Positions 52,904 to 62,763 are shown, counted from the stretch's first letter. The stretch: 64,000 nucleotides of DNA from Candidatus Saccharibacteria bacterium UBA5148 (GCA_002413835.1 DHXU01000009.1:14626-78625), one strand, 5' to 3'. Program-made: numbers and translations. The notes: generated by a model from the letters alone, not told the origin.

Positions 52904-55054
52904 ATGAGATTTGATAGATTCAGAAAATACATTGGTAAATTAGACCATCCAATACTGATTGTTGTCGGCCTGTTTGTCGCCGCCGGTCTTATTTCGTTAG
53001 CTTTCTCCAGAGCAGCATCCCAGTCTATCAGCGCTGAGGTAGAGAATGGAATACCGGCAAAAGGCGCAACTTTCGTGACCGATCCATTGGCTTCTAGTGG
53101 CAGTGCAGTAGCGTTTGGTTCGGGCACCGGTAATTCACCATTCCAAAAACTGTCATCGGTCAGGACTCCGCCGGCACCATATAATAAACTGATTGGTCCA
53201 GGCGTAACTACCGGAAGTCAAAAATTTTACCTGGGTTATCAAAACCTCAGCAACCCGTTTAGTTTTGTCGCGGTTGATCCAAAGAATAATTATACAGCCG
53301 TTACGTATACCTCGCCGCTGGCAACTGAATTTACGGCTTCGGGGATGGCAGTCGGCGTAGACAACAACGTCTACATCGGTACAAAATCCACGGTTAATAC
53401 GCACATTTTTAAGTTCACGACCGCCTCGCCGAAGCTCGTCGATCTCGGGGCAGTGCCAGTTGATATTCGGGCTTCTGTCAAGCAGACGTTCATGTGGGAT
53501 CTCACGGCCAGCCCTGTCGATCATCGCCTGTATGGCTGTACGCACCCGTCGGCAGACTTAGTCAGTTATGGCCCTTCGGATCCTATCCCACACATTAGCA
53601 ACCTAGGAACTGTAGATAGCAGTAATCAGTACGCCCGTTACTGCGTGGCCGACCCGCAGTACCCCTACATATACGTTGGCACGGGCAGTGTCAATCCAAA
53701 GATCGTTGCCTACAATATCCAGACCAAGCTGACAAAAGTACTGGGTAGCATGACGGGGGCAGGCTTTGCCACAGTTTGGCTTGGCAGCGACAACAAAATA
53801 TATGGCTACTATACTAATAACGGAACACAACATTTTAGTATCAGCAATGCGGTTCTAACCCCTGTGACGCAAACAACCAGTCGCTCCTCGGTCTACGCGT
53901 TTAGTAATGGCGACAAGATTGCCCTCAGCCCTGATAACGCTTCGGTCGTCGTCAAACATCCTGATGGGACCCAAGATACACGCGCGTATACTTACGGAGG
54001 GGCCTTCCCAAACATCTTTCGGCTGGCGCAGGGTCCAGACAATGCAATCTACGCCGGAACTGTCTTGCCATATTATTTAACCAAGTTTTCGCCCGCCGCT
54101 CCCGCCGCAGCCTTAACCAATCTCGGCTACCTTGGCGGTGGGGAGCCCTATTCTATGCTTGCCTCTGGTGGCAAGCTAGTGATGGGAGCCTATTCGGCTG
54201 GCGCTCTACTGCTCAACTATGACCCGTCTCTACCGGTTGCGCCGAATCCATACATAAATCCTAAGTGTAGTGCCACGACAAATCTGCCTAACCCACAATG
54301 CATACAGAATATTGCCGGCTTGGATAACGCTCGGCCATCCGGTGATTTACGCACAAAGCCACTGATTGCCGGACTCGATGGCAACTTATATACCGGATCT
54401 GTGGGGCACTATGGACAGACCAATGGGCCGCTGATTAAATGGAATCAACAAAGCAACACCGCCTCCGCCTATTATCCGTATCCTAATCTTGGTATCGCAT
54501 CGTTAGCGTCAGCTCCTGTCTGCCAAGGAATAACCACTGCGAATGCCTGCCTAATCGCGGGAACGACCACTGGAGTTGGAGGTGGCGCCACAGTCACCGC
54601 AACGACGTCGCCGCTATTTATCTGGAACACCGCGACGAACGCCATGGTCAAGCAGTTCACAATTCCGTCCGTCACCAATATCGTCGAGATTTCGTCTCTA
54701 ATCCTGAATCCGGCCACTAATTACATCTACGGTATTGCAAATAATACTCACGGTAGCTACTTATTCATCTTCAATCCAAAAACCGGCACATTTATTAACG
54801 GTGGCACTAAACTACCGTTCACCGCCCCCCTTTATAGCAGCGTTGCCATCGGCTCCGACGGTAACATCTGGGGAATCTACGGGACTGGAATATTCAAGAT
54901 TAATGTTACGACTAACACCGTTCAATCTGTGGCGACCGCACCTGTGGCTATCACGGCGGGGTTTGCCCTAGTAAAGAACGCGGCGAGCGGCGATAAGCTC
55001 TATTTTGGCTCATATGCAGATCTATATGTCTACAAACTCCCGGCCACGCCCTAA
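52904..55054 (+). CDS. Secreted beta-propeller-like repeat protein, paralog B
   Basis: 716 aa, collinear with paralog A along its whole length and with most residues identical by eye. It has the same upstream leader sequence. Confidence 0.7.
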   Translation: MRFDRFRKYIGKLDHPILIVVGLFVAAGLISLAFSRAASQSISAEVENGIPAKGATFVTDPLASSGSAVAFGSGTGNSPFQKLSSVRTPPAPYNKLIGPGVTTGSQKFYLGYQNLSNPFSFVAVDPKNNYTAVTYTSPLATEFTASGMAVGVDNNVYIGTKSTVNTHIFKFTTASPKLVDLGAVPVDIRASVKQTFMWDLTASPVDHRLYGCTHPSADLVSYGPSDPIPHISNLGTVDSSNQYARYCVADPQYPYIYVGTGSVNPKIVAYNIQTKLTKVLGSMTGAGFATVWLGSDNKIYGYYTNNGTQHFSISNAVLTPVTQTTSRSSVYAFSNGDKIALSPDNASVVVKHPDGTQDTRAYTYGGAFPNIFRLAQGPDNAIYAGTVLPYYLTKFSPAAPAAALTNLGYLGGGEPYSMLASGGKLVMGAYSAGALLLNYDPSLPVAPNPYINPKCSATTNLPNPQCIQNIAGLDNARPSGDLRTKPLIAGLDGNLYTGSVGHYGQTNGPLIKWNQQSNTASAYYPYPNLGIASLASAPVCQGITTANACLIAGTTTGVGGGATVTATTSPLFIWNTATNAMVKQFTIPSVTNIVEISSLILNPATNYIYGIANNTHGSYLFIFNPKTGTFINGGTKLPFTAPLYSSVAIGSDGNIWGIYGTGIFKINVTTNTVQSVATAPVAITAGFALVKNAASGDKLYFGSYADLYVYKLPATP

Positions 55055-55091
55055 CAGTTTGACTCTATTTTATATCTGCTATGATTGATCA

Positions 55092-55213
55092 ATGGCAGAA
55101 CTCGTCGGCATTCTCAACATTACTCTGGACAGCTTAGTGACGGCAGACAGTACTTCGACTCCCGGGCCGCGCTTGCCCACGCAGCTAAGATGGTTGATGA
55201 CGTGGCCTTCTAA
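55092..55213 (+). pseudogene. Relic of the dihydropteroate synthase (folP-like) 5' end
   Basis: ATG at 55092 gives MAELVGILNITLDS. After a 1-nt frame slip the reading continues SDGRQYFDSRAALAHAAKMVDDVAF then stops. This matches the DHPS N-terminal pattern ILNxTPDSFSDGG...A..HA..M...GA but covers only ~40 codons. Confidence 0.5.
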
Positions 55214-55244
55214 GCAATGATGGAGATGGAACGTTACCCGTCAG

Positions 55245-56000
55245 CTAATTTGCGTCGCGGCGCAGGAACAGCACCCAGGCTATCAGCCAGCCGCCGACGA
55301 TATAACTGAGCACCAGTAGCGTAGCGGTGCTATGAGATAGAGTAGCACCAGCGTTAATAGCTGCGCTCGGAGCATCCCGGAGTATCGAGCTCAGTGCGTT
55401 AAACGGCAGATACTTGGCGTTCTGCTTCAGTAGTAAACCGAGTAGTGATTCACCAAGGCCCGGAAGCAGGAACAGGATGGCGATTGCACCGACCTGACTC
55501 CTGACGATAGCCGTAATAATCAGAGCCAGCATCGAATACCCCCAGCCGTAAAAGACGCTGCGAATCATCAGATCACTAAATGGGAAGGTTTGCGGTGATA
55601 CTGTCAGACCTTTGGCGTGCAGACCGAACTGCGTCAGGTATGGTGCCGCGGCGCAGACAATGGCGGTCAGAACGATGGCGAACACGGAGACAACGATAAT
55701 CTTCGCCACTAGCACCGTCGTGCGGCTGCGGGCTGCCGTCAGGGTGTACATGATGGTGTTGTACCGATATTCATGTGTGAACAGCAGCACACCCGCCAAG
55801 GCGATAAACAGACCAAGAGCCTGGGCAGCACTGGTAACTTCCGAGGCTAATTTGTCGGCCGACGTCACGTTGGCCGTCTGACGAAAACCTTCGATGTAAA
55901 ACGCGAAGAATATAGTAATCAGGGCACACAGGGCGATGATGACGTACGTCGACCGCACGGTCAGTAATTTACGGAATTCTGCTCGGATAGCCGGTATCAT
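55245..56000 (-). CDS. ABC-2 type transporter permease
   Basis: 251 aa with six predicted TM segments. It has a 4-nt overlap with the upstream ATPase gene. Confidence 0.7.
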   Translation of the reverse strand: MIPAIRAEFRKLLTVRSTYVIIALCALITIFFAFYIEGFRQTANVTSADKLASEVTSAAQALGLFIALAGVLLFTHEYRYNTIMYTLTAARSRTTVLVAKIIVVSVFAIVLTAIVCAAAPYLTQFGLHAKGLTVSPQTFPFSDLMIRSVFYGWGYSMLALIITAIVRSQVGAIAILFLLPGLGESLLGLLLKQNAKYLPFNALSSILRDAPSAAINAGATLSHSTATLLVLSYIVGGWLIAWVLFLRRDAN

Positions 56001-56938
56001 ACGGATGCTCCTGTCTCTCGTTTTGTCTCACCGCCGCCCGCGCTGAGCGTCTTGTATTCCTCAGAGCCAGCCGTCAGCTCCAAGAAGGCTTCTTCGAGTG
56101 AGGCGGCACGGTTGGCAAGTTCCAGAATAGGTACCCCCGACTCATAGGCCAGCTTACCAATATCATCAGTTGAAACGCCTTCGACGTTCAGGCCGCCATC
56201 GCTGTGGGTGAAGGTCATTGTCCGTTGTCTCAACACCCGTTCCAGTTTCTGGAGGCTGCTGGTGCGCACGAAGACGGCAGAATGGCTGCTGCCCGATATC
56301 AAGGTCGATATAGAGGTACTGGCAATCAGTTTCCCCTTGCCGATGACAACGACATTGTCAGCCATCTGGGCCATTTCGCTGAGCAGGTGGCTGGATACGA
56401 AGACCGCATTGCCATCGTCGGCATAGTTCTGAATAAACTTCCGAAGCCAGGCGATGCCCTCAGGATCAAGACCGTTCGCCGGCTCGTCGAGAATCAGATA
56501 TTTGGGCTTGCCGAGAATTGCAGCCGCGATACCCAGGCGCTGCGACATGCCCAGCGAGAACTTACCTGGACCCTTTTTGGCAACCTCTGTCAGCCCGACA
56601 GTATCAAGGACTTCAGCCACTCGAGATGGAGCGATACCACCAGCGGCGGCTAATATTTTGAGGTGATTACGGGCCGAGCGGGTCGGATGGAAGGCTTTGG
56701 CTTCCAGTAATACACCGACTATTTTAGACGGCCGCGTATATTCACGGAGGGCTTTGCTGTCAAAGGTAGTCGTACCGCTGCCGGCATCCAGGCCGAGCAT
56801 CAGTCGCATAGTCGTGGACTTGCCAGCGCCGTTCGGCCCGAGAAAGCCCGTCACCTTGCCGGTTTCAACCCGAAAAGAGACATTATCAACAGCTGTTTTG
56901 TGGCGATAGGTTTTGGTGAGCCCGGTTGCTTCAATCAT
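55997..56938 (-). CDS. ABC transporter ATP-binding protein
   Basis: Walker A GPNGAGKST, signature-like FSLGMSQRL and Walker B LILDEP. Confidence 0.9.
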   Translation of the reverse strand: MIEATGLTKTYRHKTAVDNVSFRVETGKVTGFLGPNGAGKSTTMRLMLGLDAGSGTTTFDSKALREYTRPSKIVGVLLEAKAFHPTRSARNHLKILAAAGGIAPSRVAEVLDTVGLTEVAKKGPGKFSLGMSQRLGIAAAILGKPKYLILDEPANGLDPEGIAWLRKFIQNYADDGNAVFVSSHLLSEMAQMADNVVVIGKGKLIASTSISTLISGSSHSAVFVRTSSLQKLERVLRQRTMTFTHSDGGLNVEGVSTDDIGKLAYESGVPILELANRAASLEEAFLELTAGSEEYKTLSAGGGETKRETGASV

Positions 56939-56977
56939 TGCCTTAACTATAGGCCAGACTACCTAGTATTGCCAGGT

Positions 56978-57331
56978 TCAGACGGAATGCGTGCGGTGGT
57001 AGCCGCCAGAGAACAGTCGCGACACCAGTGAGGCAATGACCCCATATATTACCAGAGCGATCAACGTTTCAAACTCGAAGCGTCCCGTCAGCAGATTGAT
57101 ATCGTGGTTAAAAATACCGAAGAATGGCGTCACCAGCGGCTGGCTGGTCGCATAAACCCACGATACGATGCCGTTATCCGGATTTGCCCCGAGCAGACGG
57201 AAGATGAACCGGAAGGCAACGATAGCCAGGATAATCCCGAAAAATAAGCTGACAAGACCGCCGATCAGTCCGTAACCTTTTTGGTTCAGGCGTGCGTGAC
57301 GACTAGGGTGAGAAACAGAAATATGTGGCAT
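56978..57331 (-). CDS. Small membrane protein, possibly YggT-like
   Basis: 117 aa with two hydrophobic helices flanking SWVYATSQPLVTPFFGIF. The family assignment is tentative. Confidence 0.4.
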   Translation of the reverse strand: MPHISVSHPSRHARLNQKGYGLIGGLVSLFFGIILAIVAFRFIFRLLGANPDNGIVSWVYATSQPLVTPFFGIFNHDINLLTGRFEFETLIALVIYGVIASLVSRLFSGGYHRTHSV

Positions 57332-57391
57332 AAAACTTTCCTTGTTTACGCTCCCACAATAACACCAATGCGGTGTGTCGTAAGTAAGATA

Positions 57392-58375
57392 TCAGACTGA
57401 AAATGATAGCGCACTGGCACGCAAGATAGCCGGCTGCAGCAGGCTGAGCAACTCGTCGGTACTGGCGGCCGCCATCAACTGTTCGCGGAGTTCTTTGGCG
57501 CCGTCAAAGCCACTGACGTAGACCTTGCAGAAGCGGTTCAGCGTCGGTACCCGGCGTTCGCCGTTCTGCCAGGTTTCTGCAAACAGACGGATATGTTTTT
57601 CATATAACTTCAGCCTGTCGACTGGTTGTTTGCTCGTCCAGGGACTATTGGTAGCAAAGACATATGGGTCCTGAAAAATTCCGCGGCCGATCATGATACC
57701 ATCAAGTTTGTATGTCGCGGCCAGTTCCACGCCCTGCTGCCGGCTCAGAACGTCGCCGTTGCCGACAATCAGTGTCTGTGGCGCGAGCTGGTCGCGTAGT
57801 TCCCTGACCTGGCCGATACTATCCCAGTATGCCGGGACTTCGCTCATTTCACTGCGTGTCCGACCGTGGATGGTCAGCATATCCAGCTTATGGCCCAGCA
57901 GGAATTCATGCCAGGTGTAATCAATCTCGTTGAAACCAAGCCGGGTCTTGACGCTGACGGGCAGCTTGCCGCCGGCGCCGGCCTGCGTCGCCTTGATCAT
58001 TTCGCCGGCCAACTGGCGGTTATTGATAAGTGCGCTGCAGGTACCGTTCTTGACGACCGTTTTCTCCGGGCAGCCCATGTTGATATCGATGCCGGCGAAA
58101 CCCATTTCGACGAGTTGCTGAGCGGTTGTATAAAAATTCTCGGGATTCTTACCCCAGATCTGGGCGATGAGGGGCCTTTCGGCAGCTGTGAATTGCAGTT
58201 TTTTAATAACGCGCCCGCGTCCCTCACTTTGTAGGCCATCGACATTCACAAACTCTGTGAAATACAGGTCCGGTGCAGCAGTATCAGCCACGATTCGGCG
58301 GAATACCGTGTCAGTAACGTCGTCCATCGGCGCCAGGACAAAGAACGGTCGTGGTACATCGCTATATCCAGCCAA
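57392..58375 (-). CDS. tRNA-dihydrouridine synthase
   Basis: LAPMDDVTDTVFR, GIDINMGCP and TIHGRT motifs of the Dus family. Confidence 0.88.
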   Translation of the reverse strand: MAGYSDVPRPFFVLAPMDDVTDTVFRRIVADTAAPDLYFTEFVNVDGLQSEGRGRVIKKLQFTAAERPLIAQIWGKNPENFYTTAQQLVEMGFAGIDINMGCPEKTVVKNGTCSALINNRQLAGEMIKATQAGAGGKLPVSVKTRLGFNEIDYTWHEFLLGHKLDMLTIHGRTRSEMSEVPAYWDSIGQVRELRDQLAPQTLIVGNGDVLSRQQGVELAATYKLDGIMIGRGIFQDPYVFATNSPWTSKQPVDRLKLYEKHIRLFAETWQNGERRVPTLNRFCKVYVSGFDGAKELREQLMAAASTDELLSLLQPAILRASALSFSV

Positions 58376-58380
58376 AACGA

Positions 58381-58851
58381 CTAGCCTGCTCTAGCTTCTA
58401 AAATCTTTTTAAACTTGTTTCTGTCGGCACGATGGGCGCTGCCAGCGAACCGGGAAGAGAAAGCTATGAAGTCAAGTTCAGCCATTTCGACGGCATCTTC
58501 CCTGGACAGGAGACCGCTATACTGCAAGCTGATATAACCGGCTCCGAACTTAAACTGGAATCTGGCATCTTCAGTATCGGCGACCCGCTTCTTGGCAGCA
58601 GCACTCAGAAATTTCGGAAGCGCCTGCTGATAGCGGTTCGTGAGGTCTGCCTTATGGGGCGTCTGGCTGGCATCTACAAAGCCCATCAGTTGGCTGGCAT
58701 GGCCTAATCGGTTGAGCGCATGAGTCAGATGTTCGGCTCGCTCCTGTAACAGCACAAAGACTCCCACTTCTTGCTCAGCCGATGCATCAACTGGTACATC
58801 AAATAAAGCAGCCTGGACAGGCTCAGAGTCAAACTGGTGGCTGATTGTCAT
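58381..58851 (-). CDS. Hypothetical protein
   Basis: 156-aa ORF, 5 nt upstream of dus on the same strand. No recognisable domain. Confidence 0.45.
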   Translation of the reverse strand: MTISHQFDSEPVQAALFDVPVDASAEQEVGVFVLLQERAEHLTHALNRLGHASQLMGFVDASQTPHKADLTNRYQQALPKFLSAAAKKRVADTEDARFQFKFGAGYISLQYSGLLSREDAVEMAELDFIAFSSRFAGSAHRADRNKFKKILEARAG

Positions 58852-58903
58852 GTCGGTACTATAACACTTTTGCTTTTAATTTTCAAGACCATTTGAGCCG
58901 ATA

Positions 58904-60019
58904 CTACTCCCAGCGGAACAGCTTGAAGGCGATGGCGTAGATAACGATCGACCAGATAGCCATCAATCCAAGCTGCGGACCGATGTCTACCAGGTGATAC
59001 CCCTGGGTTGTCAGCAGTCGGATGCCATCAATAACAGGCGTCAGCGGCAGGAAGGTAGAGACATGCTGCAACCATTCCGGCATGGCAAATCGCGGGAAGA
59101 ACGTGCCTGACAGGAACAGCATCGGGAAGACGACGATGTTACTGAGCGGTGCGGCCTGACGCTCGTTCTTGGCCCAGCCGCCGATGGCCAGTCCGATGCC
59201 AAGTATCGACATGATACTGAAGACGAGGAATAGCAGGATTTCAATATAATTACCAACGACCTTGAGATGGAATACCAGAATGGCGGCAATGAACATGACG
59301 GCCAGCGAGACAATACCAATAATAGCCTGGGCAATCATGGTCGACAGGAAATACTGCCAGACCTTGAGCGGTGTGGTGTGCAGGCGACGCAGAATACCCT
59401 GCTTCTTGAGTTCCGGGAAGACATTGATCGGCCCGAAGATTCCCATACCGACAATTGCGAAACCGAGCAAACCTGCAAACGCATAATCAAACGGCTTCAA
59501 ACTCTTCTGGTTGGTCTGATTGGTCTCAACTTTGAGCGGAGGATCGACTTTGGTGAACTGCTGGTTGAGCGCTGCAAACTGACCCTGCAATGCTGTCGCC
59601 AGGCCGCGGCCAGCCTGCTCGTTGTTCTGAGTAAATGACACCCGGGCCTGTCCTGTCGGGTAGTTCTTGCTGCCAACTTCACCGAAGTTACTCGGCAAAG
59701 TTATAGTAGCGTCGAGCTGGCCCTTGCCCATGCGGTCTGTTGCCTGGGCCGTGGTCGTTATACTGTCGTCGACCTTGATAACTTCGCTTTTCGTGAGCTG
59801 TTTGACAAAGGTATCTGCAAATGTACTGTGCGACTGGTTGATAACAGCCACATGGAATGTCGGGGCGCCATTACCTCCGGAAATACCGCCGAAAACAAAC
59901 AGGAAGATCAGCGGGAATAGGATTCCAAAGAAGATTGACAGCCGGTCGCGAAAAAAGCGCTTGGTGTTAAGCTTGGCGAACACTGAAACTGTATATAGTG
60001 ATTTGTTAAGTCTGCTCAT
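58904..60019 (-). CDS. ABC-2 type transporter permease
   Basis: 371 aa with an N-terminal TM segment, a large extracytoplasmic loop and then five TM segments, the typical ABC-2 layout. Confidence 0.75.
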   Translation of the reverse strand: MSRLNKSLYTVSVFAKLNTKRFFRDRLSIFFGILFPLIFLFVFGGISGGNGAPTFHVAVINQSHSTFADTFVKQLTKSEVIKVDDSITTTAQATDRMGKGQLDATITLPSNFGEVGSKNYPTGQARVSFTQNNEQAGRGLATALQGQFAALNQQFTKVDPPLKVETNQTNQKSLKPFDYAFAGLLGFAIVGMGIFGPINVFPELKKQGILRRLHTTPLKVWQYFLSTMIAQAIIGIVSLAVMFIAAILVFHLKVVGNYIEILLFLVFSIMSILGIGLAIGGWAKNERQAAPLSNIVVFPMLFLSGTFFPRFAMPEWLQHVSTFLPLTPVIDGIRLLTTQGYHLVDIGPQLGLMAIWSIVIYAIAFKLFRWE

Positions 60020-60026
60020 GATATCT

Positions 60027-60067
60027 TATTCCGTCTCTATTCCGTCTCTATTCTCGTCTCTATTCTC
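60027..60067. repeat. Tandem 11-12-nt repeat in the ABC ATPase/permease junction
   Basis: TATTCCGTCTC TATTCCGTCTC TATTCTCGTCTC TATTCTC, about 3.5 units. The ATPase stop codon lies in the last unit. Confidence 0.85.
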
Positions 60068-60827
60068 TTAAAGCTTTGCCGGTTAAATCGATGAATACAT
60101 CTTCCAGGTCGGCCTGCTCGACATGCTGGGCTTTGCTAAAACCGCGGTCCAGTAGCTGTTTGATGAGGTTCTTGGGGGTATCGATGGCAATTATCTTGCC
60201 CTTGTCCATGATGGCAACGCGGTCACAAAGTAGTTCGGCCTCGTCCATGTAATGCGTCGTCATAACGACCGTCACGCCCTTGTCACGGATCTGCTGTGTC
60301 AATTCCCAGAGGTTGCGCCGAGCCTGCGGGTCGAGGCCGGTTGTCGGTTCGTCCATAAAGAACACTTTCGGGTCATGCACCAGGGCAGCGGCGATACTGA
60401 GGCGCTGTCGCTGGCCGCCGGAGAGATTCTCGGCGTAACTGCTGGCCTTTTCTCCAAGCTGGACATCGTCGAGAAATTCTTTGGCATATACCTTCTCACC
60501 ATACGCTGCACCGAAGAGTTGGATTATCTCAGTCAGTTTGGTTTTGTCCTGGAAAGCCGGCGCTTGAGGCTGGACGCCAATTATGCGCTTGACAGCGTCA
60601 GTATCTTTGGCGACGTCAAGCCCGTCGACCGTGATACGACCACCATCGATCGGCCGCATCGTCTCGATCATTTCCAGCGTCGTCGTCTTGCCGGCGCCGT
60701 TCGGACCAAGAATACCGAAGATCTCGCCGCGCTTGACGTCAAACGAGATGCCGTCAACGACAGCAATGTCGTCGTATACTTTCCGTAAATCTGTAACTTT
60801 GAGAATCGTGTCTGCCATTACCAACAA
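60060..60827 (-). CDS. ABC transporter ATP-binding protein
   Basis: Walker A GPNGAGKTT, signature LSGGQRQRL and Walker B FFMDEPTTGLD. Confidence 0.92.
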   Translation of the reverse strand: MLVMADTILKVTDLRKVYDDIAVVDGISFDVKRGEIFGILGPNGAGKTTTLEMIETMRPIDGGRITVDGLDVAKDTDAVKRIIGVQPQAPAFQDKTKLTEIIQLFGAAYGEKVYAKEFLDDVQLGEKASSYAENLSGGQRQRLSIAAALVHDPKVFFMDEPTTGLDPQARRNLWELTQQIRDKGVTVVMTTHYMDEAELLCDRVAIMDKGKIIAIDTPKNLIKQLLDRGFSKAQHVEQADLEDVFIDLTGKALRE

Positions 60828-60947
60828 TTATATCAATACTTCAAGTTTTTGTGACCCGTACGTGCCAGATTTTGTTTATTGAGATTCAAAAAAGACCCAG
60901 CAATAAAGCCAGGCCTTTAATGTGGAGCTAATACTCTATATTGACTC

Positions 60948-61145
60948 TTATTTCTTGTTGCTGACAGTCAGGAAACCGTTGCGCGGATTCTCTTTGACAA
61001 CCTTACCGTCAGGCAGGTCGACAGCTTCCGGGCGCTCGTCTTTGCTGAAGTAGTAGATCGGCTGTTCCTTACCACCGCGAAGTGTGACCTTCTTGGAGTT
61101 TAAATAGTAAGTAACGCCTTTCGAGTTCGTGTGCTTGTATGCCAT
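60948..61145 (-). CDS. Small conserved-looking hypothetical protein (65 aa)
   Basis: MAYKHTNSKGVTYYLNSKKVTLRGGKEQPIYYFSKD... with a GAGAGGG RBS upstream. No family assignment. Confidence 0.55.
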   Translation of the reverse strand: MAYKHTNSKGVTYYLNSKKVTLRGGKEQPIYYFSKDERPEAVDLPDGKVVKENPRNGFLTVSNKK

Positions 61146-61343
61146 GTGAGTTACCCTCTCTTATGGTTGTCTCTTTAATTGATAGTCGTCCAAGGTCTAA
61201 CACCTCAGTACCCCTAAAATACTCTTGAGATATTTTACTTGTCAACTATTTCATCAGATATGGTTACCTGTTGCCTGTGTAAAGTTTATGTATTACACTA
61301 GAAGTTACTGTAACCATAATAAGTTTAAGGGTAGGGTAGATAG

Positions 61344-61988
61344 ATGGATTTTAGAGGCAACAGCAGTCAAGAGTCCGGTACGCCGGCAGCAAGAACCGTA
61401 AGTCAGACACCTGGCAGTAGCACATTCGGCGGCGGCCTATCCGGGCAAACGGCCCCGAAGCCTACGCGTAAGTTATTTAAAATCGGATTAGTAGTATTGT
61501 TATTCTCCATAACCGCGCTGGTTATCGCCCTGACATTACTGCTCGTCTTCAGCGGCAACTCTCAAGCCAAGGCCGTCAAAGCCGGCTCGTATCAGGCAGT
61601 ATTCCTGAACAATGGCCAGGTTTACTTCGGTAACATCAAAGCTATCGGTGACAAGACCTTTGATCTCCAGAACATCTATTACCTTCAGACGAACGGCGGC
61701 ACTGATGCTGCAGCCCAGACAACAGCGTCCACCAACGTCTCACTCGTTAAGCTTGGTTGTGAACTGCATGCCCCTGTCGACCAGATGCTTATCAACAGCG
61801 ACCAGGTTATCTTCTGGGAAAATATCAAAGATAGCGGCCAGGTCGTAAAAGCGATTGCCGACTACAAGAAGCAGAACCCTCAAGGAACCTGTAGCCAGCA
61901 GAGCCAGAGCTCAACACAGCAGGCTCCATCGACAACTCCTGCAACTACTCCGCCAACAACGACACCTACTACAACTAAGAAACCATAG
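61344..61988 (+). CDS. Membrane-anchored hypothetical protein with Pro/Thr-rich C-terminal tail
   Basis: 214 aa with TM segment IGLVVLLFSITALVIALTLLLVF and the tail PSTTPATTPPTTTPTTTKKP. Confidence 0.55.
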   Translation: MDFRGNSSQESGTPAARTVSQTPGSSTFGGGLSGQTAPKPTRKLFKIGLVVLLFSITALVIALTLLLVFSGNSQAKAVKAGSYQAVFLNNGQVYFGNIKAIGDKTFDLQNIYYLQTNGGTDAAAQTTASTNVSLVKLGCELHAPVDQMLINSDQVIFWENIKDSGQVVKAIADYKKQNPQGTCSQQSQSSTQQAPSTTPATTPPTTTPTTTKKP

Positions 61989-62055
61989 TAATCTTCGGCA
62001 CTCCCGGCAAAATAAATCCCCGACTTCACAGCCGGGGATTTATTTTATAATGTAT

Positions 62056-62688
62056 CTACCGGGTTTGATGTCTATGCAGCCGGCGTAGTACGAACATAAC
62101 TATGGCTGTCAGTAGCAATGCTATTGTCGCTACAGCCGTCCAGCCAGCAAGGTCGGGTGACCAGACAGGTGATACAAAATCAAATTTGTAGAGACTGTCG
62201 GGAATAGGCTTGGCGGCAGCGGCCTGCCCATGCGTCGAAACATACTCCTGAATACACGGAACTCTGTTCCGTCCGGAGAAATCAGTGCTGTTCTGACCTT
62301 CGCAGTATGTCTGGGCGTCGTTGTAAAGCTGCTCGTTACTGACGGGCTTATTATTAGCCGCCTGTAACCGTTCATAGGTGTATTTGAGCTGTATCGGTGG
62401 ATACACGGAGTTATGGCTCGGCGTCAGGTCAGTGTTCATGTGCGTCGTGACGTAATGCTGCAGGTTCGTCAGCGTTCCGCGGACGTCACCGTCATCTTTG
62501 TCTGCCTGATAGACATCGGCCCGCAGTTTGACCATCGTCAGGTTATTGGTACGCAGGCCATTGATGCAGATCAGACAGCAAACGCCAGCCGCAAGGAAAT
62601 ACCAGCCCGGGTTTGTCAACGGATTGCCTTCCCGAAGGTGAGATAATTTTACGTTTGGCATGTTGCTAATGATTATAACCGATTGCAT
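62056..62688 (-). CDS. Hypothetical membrane protein (N- and C-terminal TM helices)
   Basis: 210 aa with hydrophobic segments WYFLAAGVCCLICI and WTAVATIALLLTAIVMFVL. Confidence 0.5.
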   Translation of the reverse strand: MQSVIIISNMPNVKLSHLREGNPLTNPGWYFLAAGVCCLICINGLRTNNLTMVKLRADVYQADKDDGDVRGTLTNLQHYVTTHMNTDLTPSHNSVYPPIQLKYTYERLQAANNKPVSNEQLYNDAQTYCEGQNSTDFSGRNRVPCIQEYVSTHGQAAAAKPIPDSLYKFDFVSPVWSPDLAGWTAVATIALLLTAIVMFVLRRLHRHQTR

Positions 62689-62763
62689 GGCGCCCCGTGC
62701 TCGGAATGTCTGGTGCTGTCTGTTTGGCTTGCGTCATTGCCGACCATAGCCGATACTTATGAT

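Noticed and set aside
51207-53545. Minus-strand ORFs inside the propeller paralogs (51207..51746, 53153..53545 and others)
   Set aside because: They recur in both paralogs simply because the DNA is duplicated. They are antisense with no signals.
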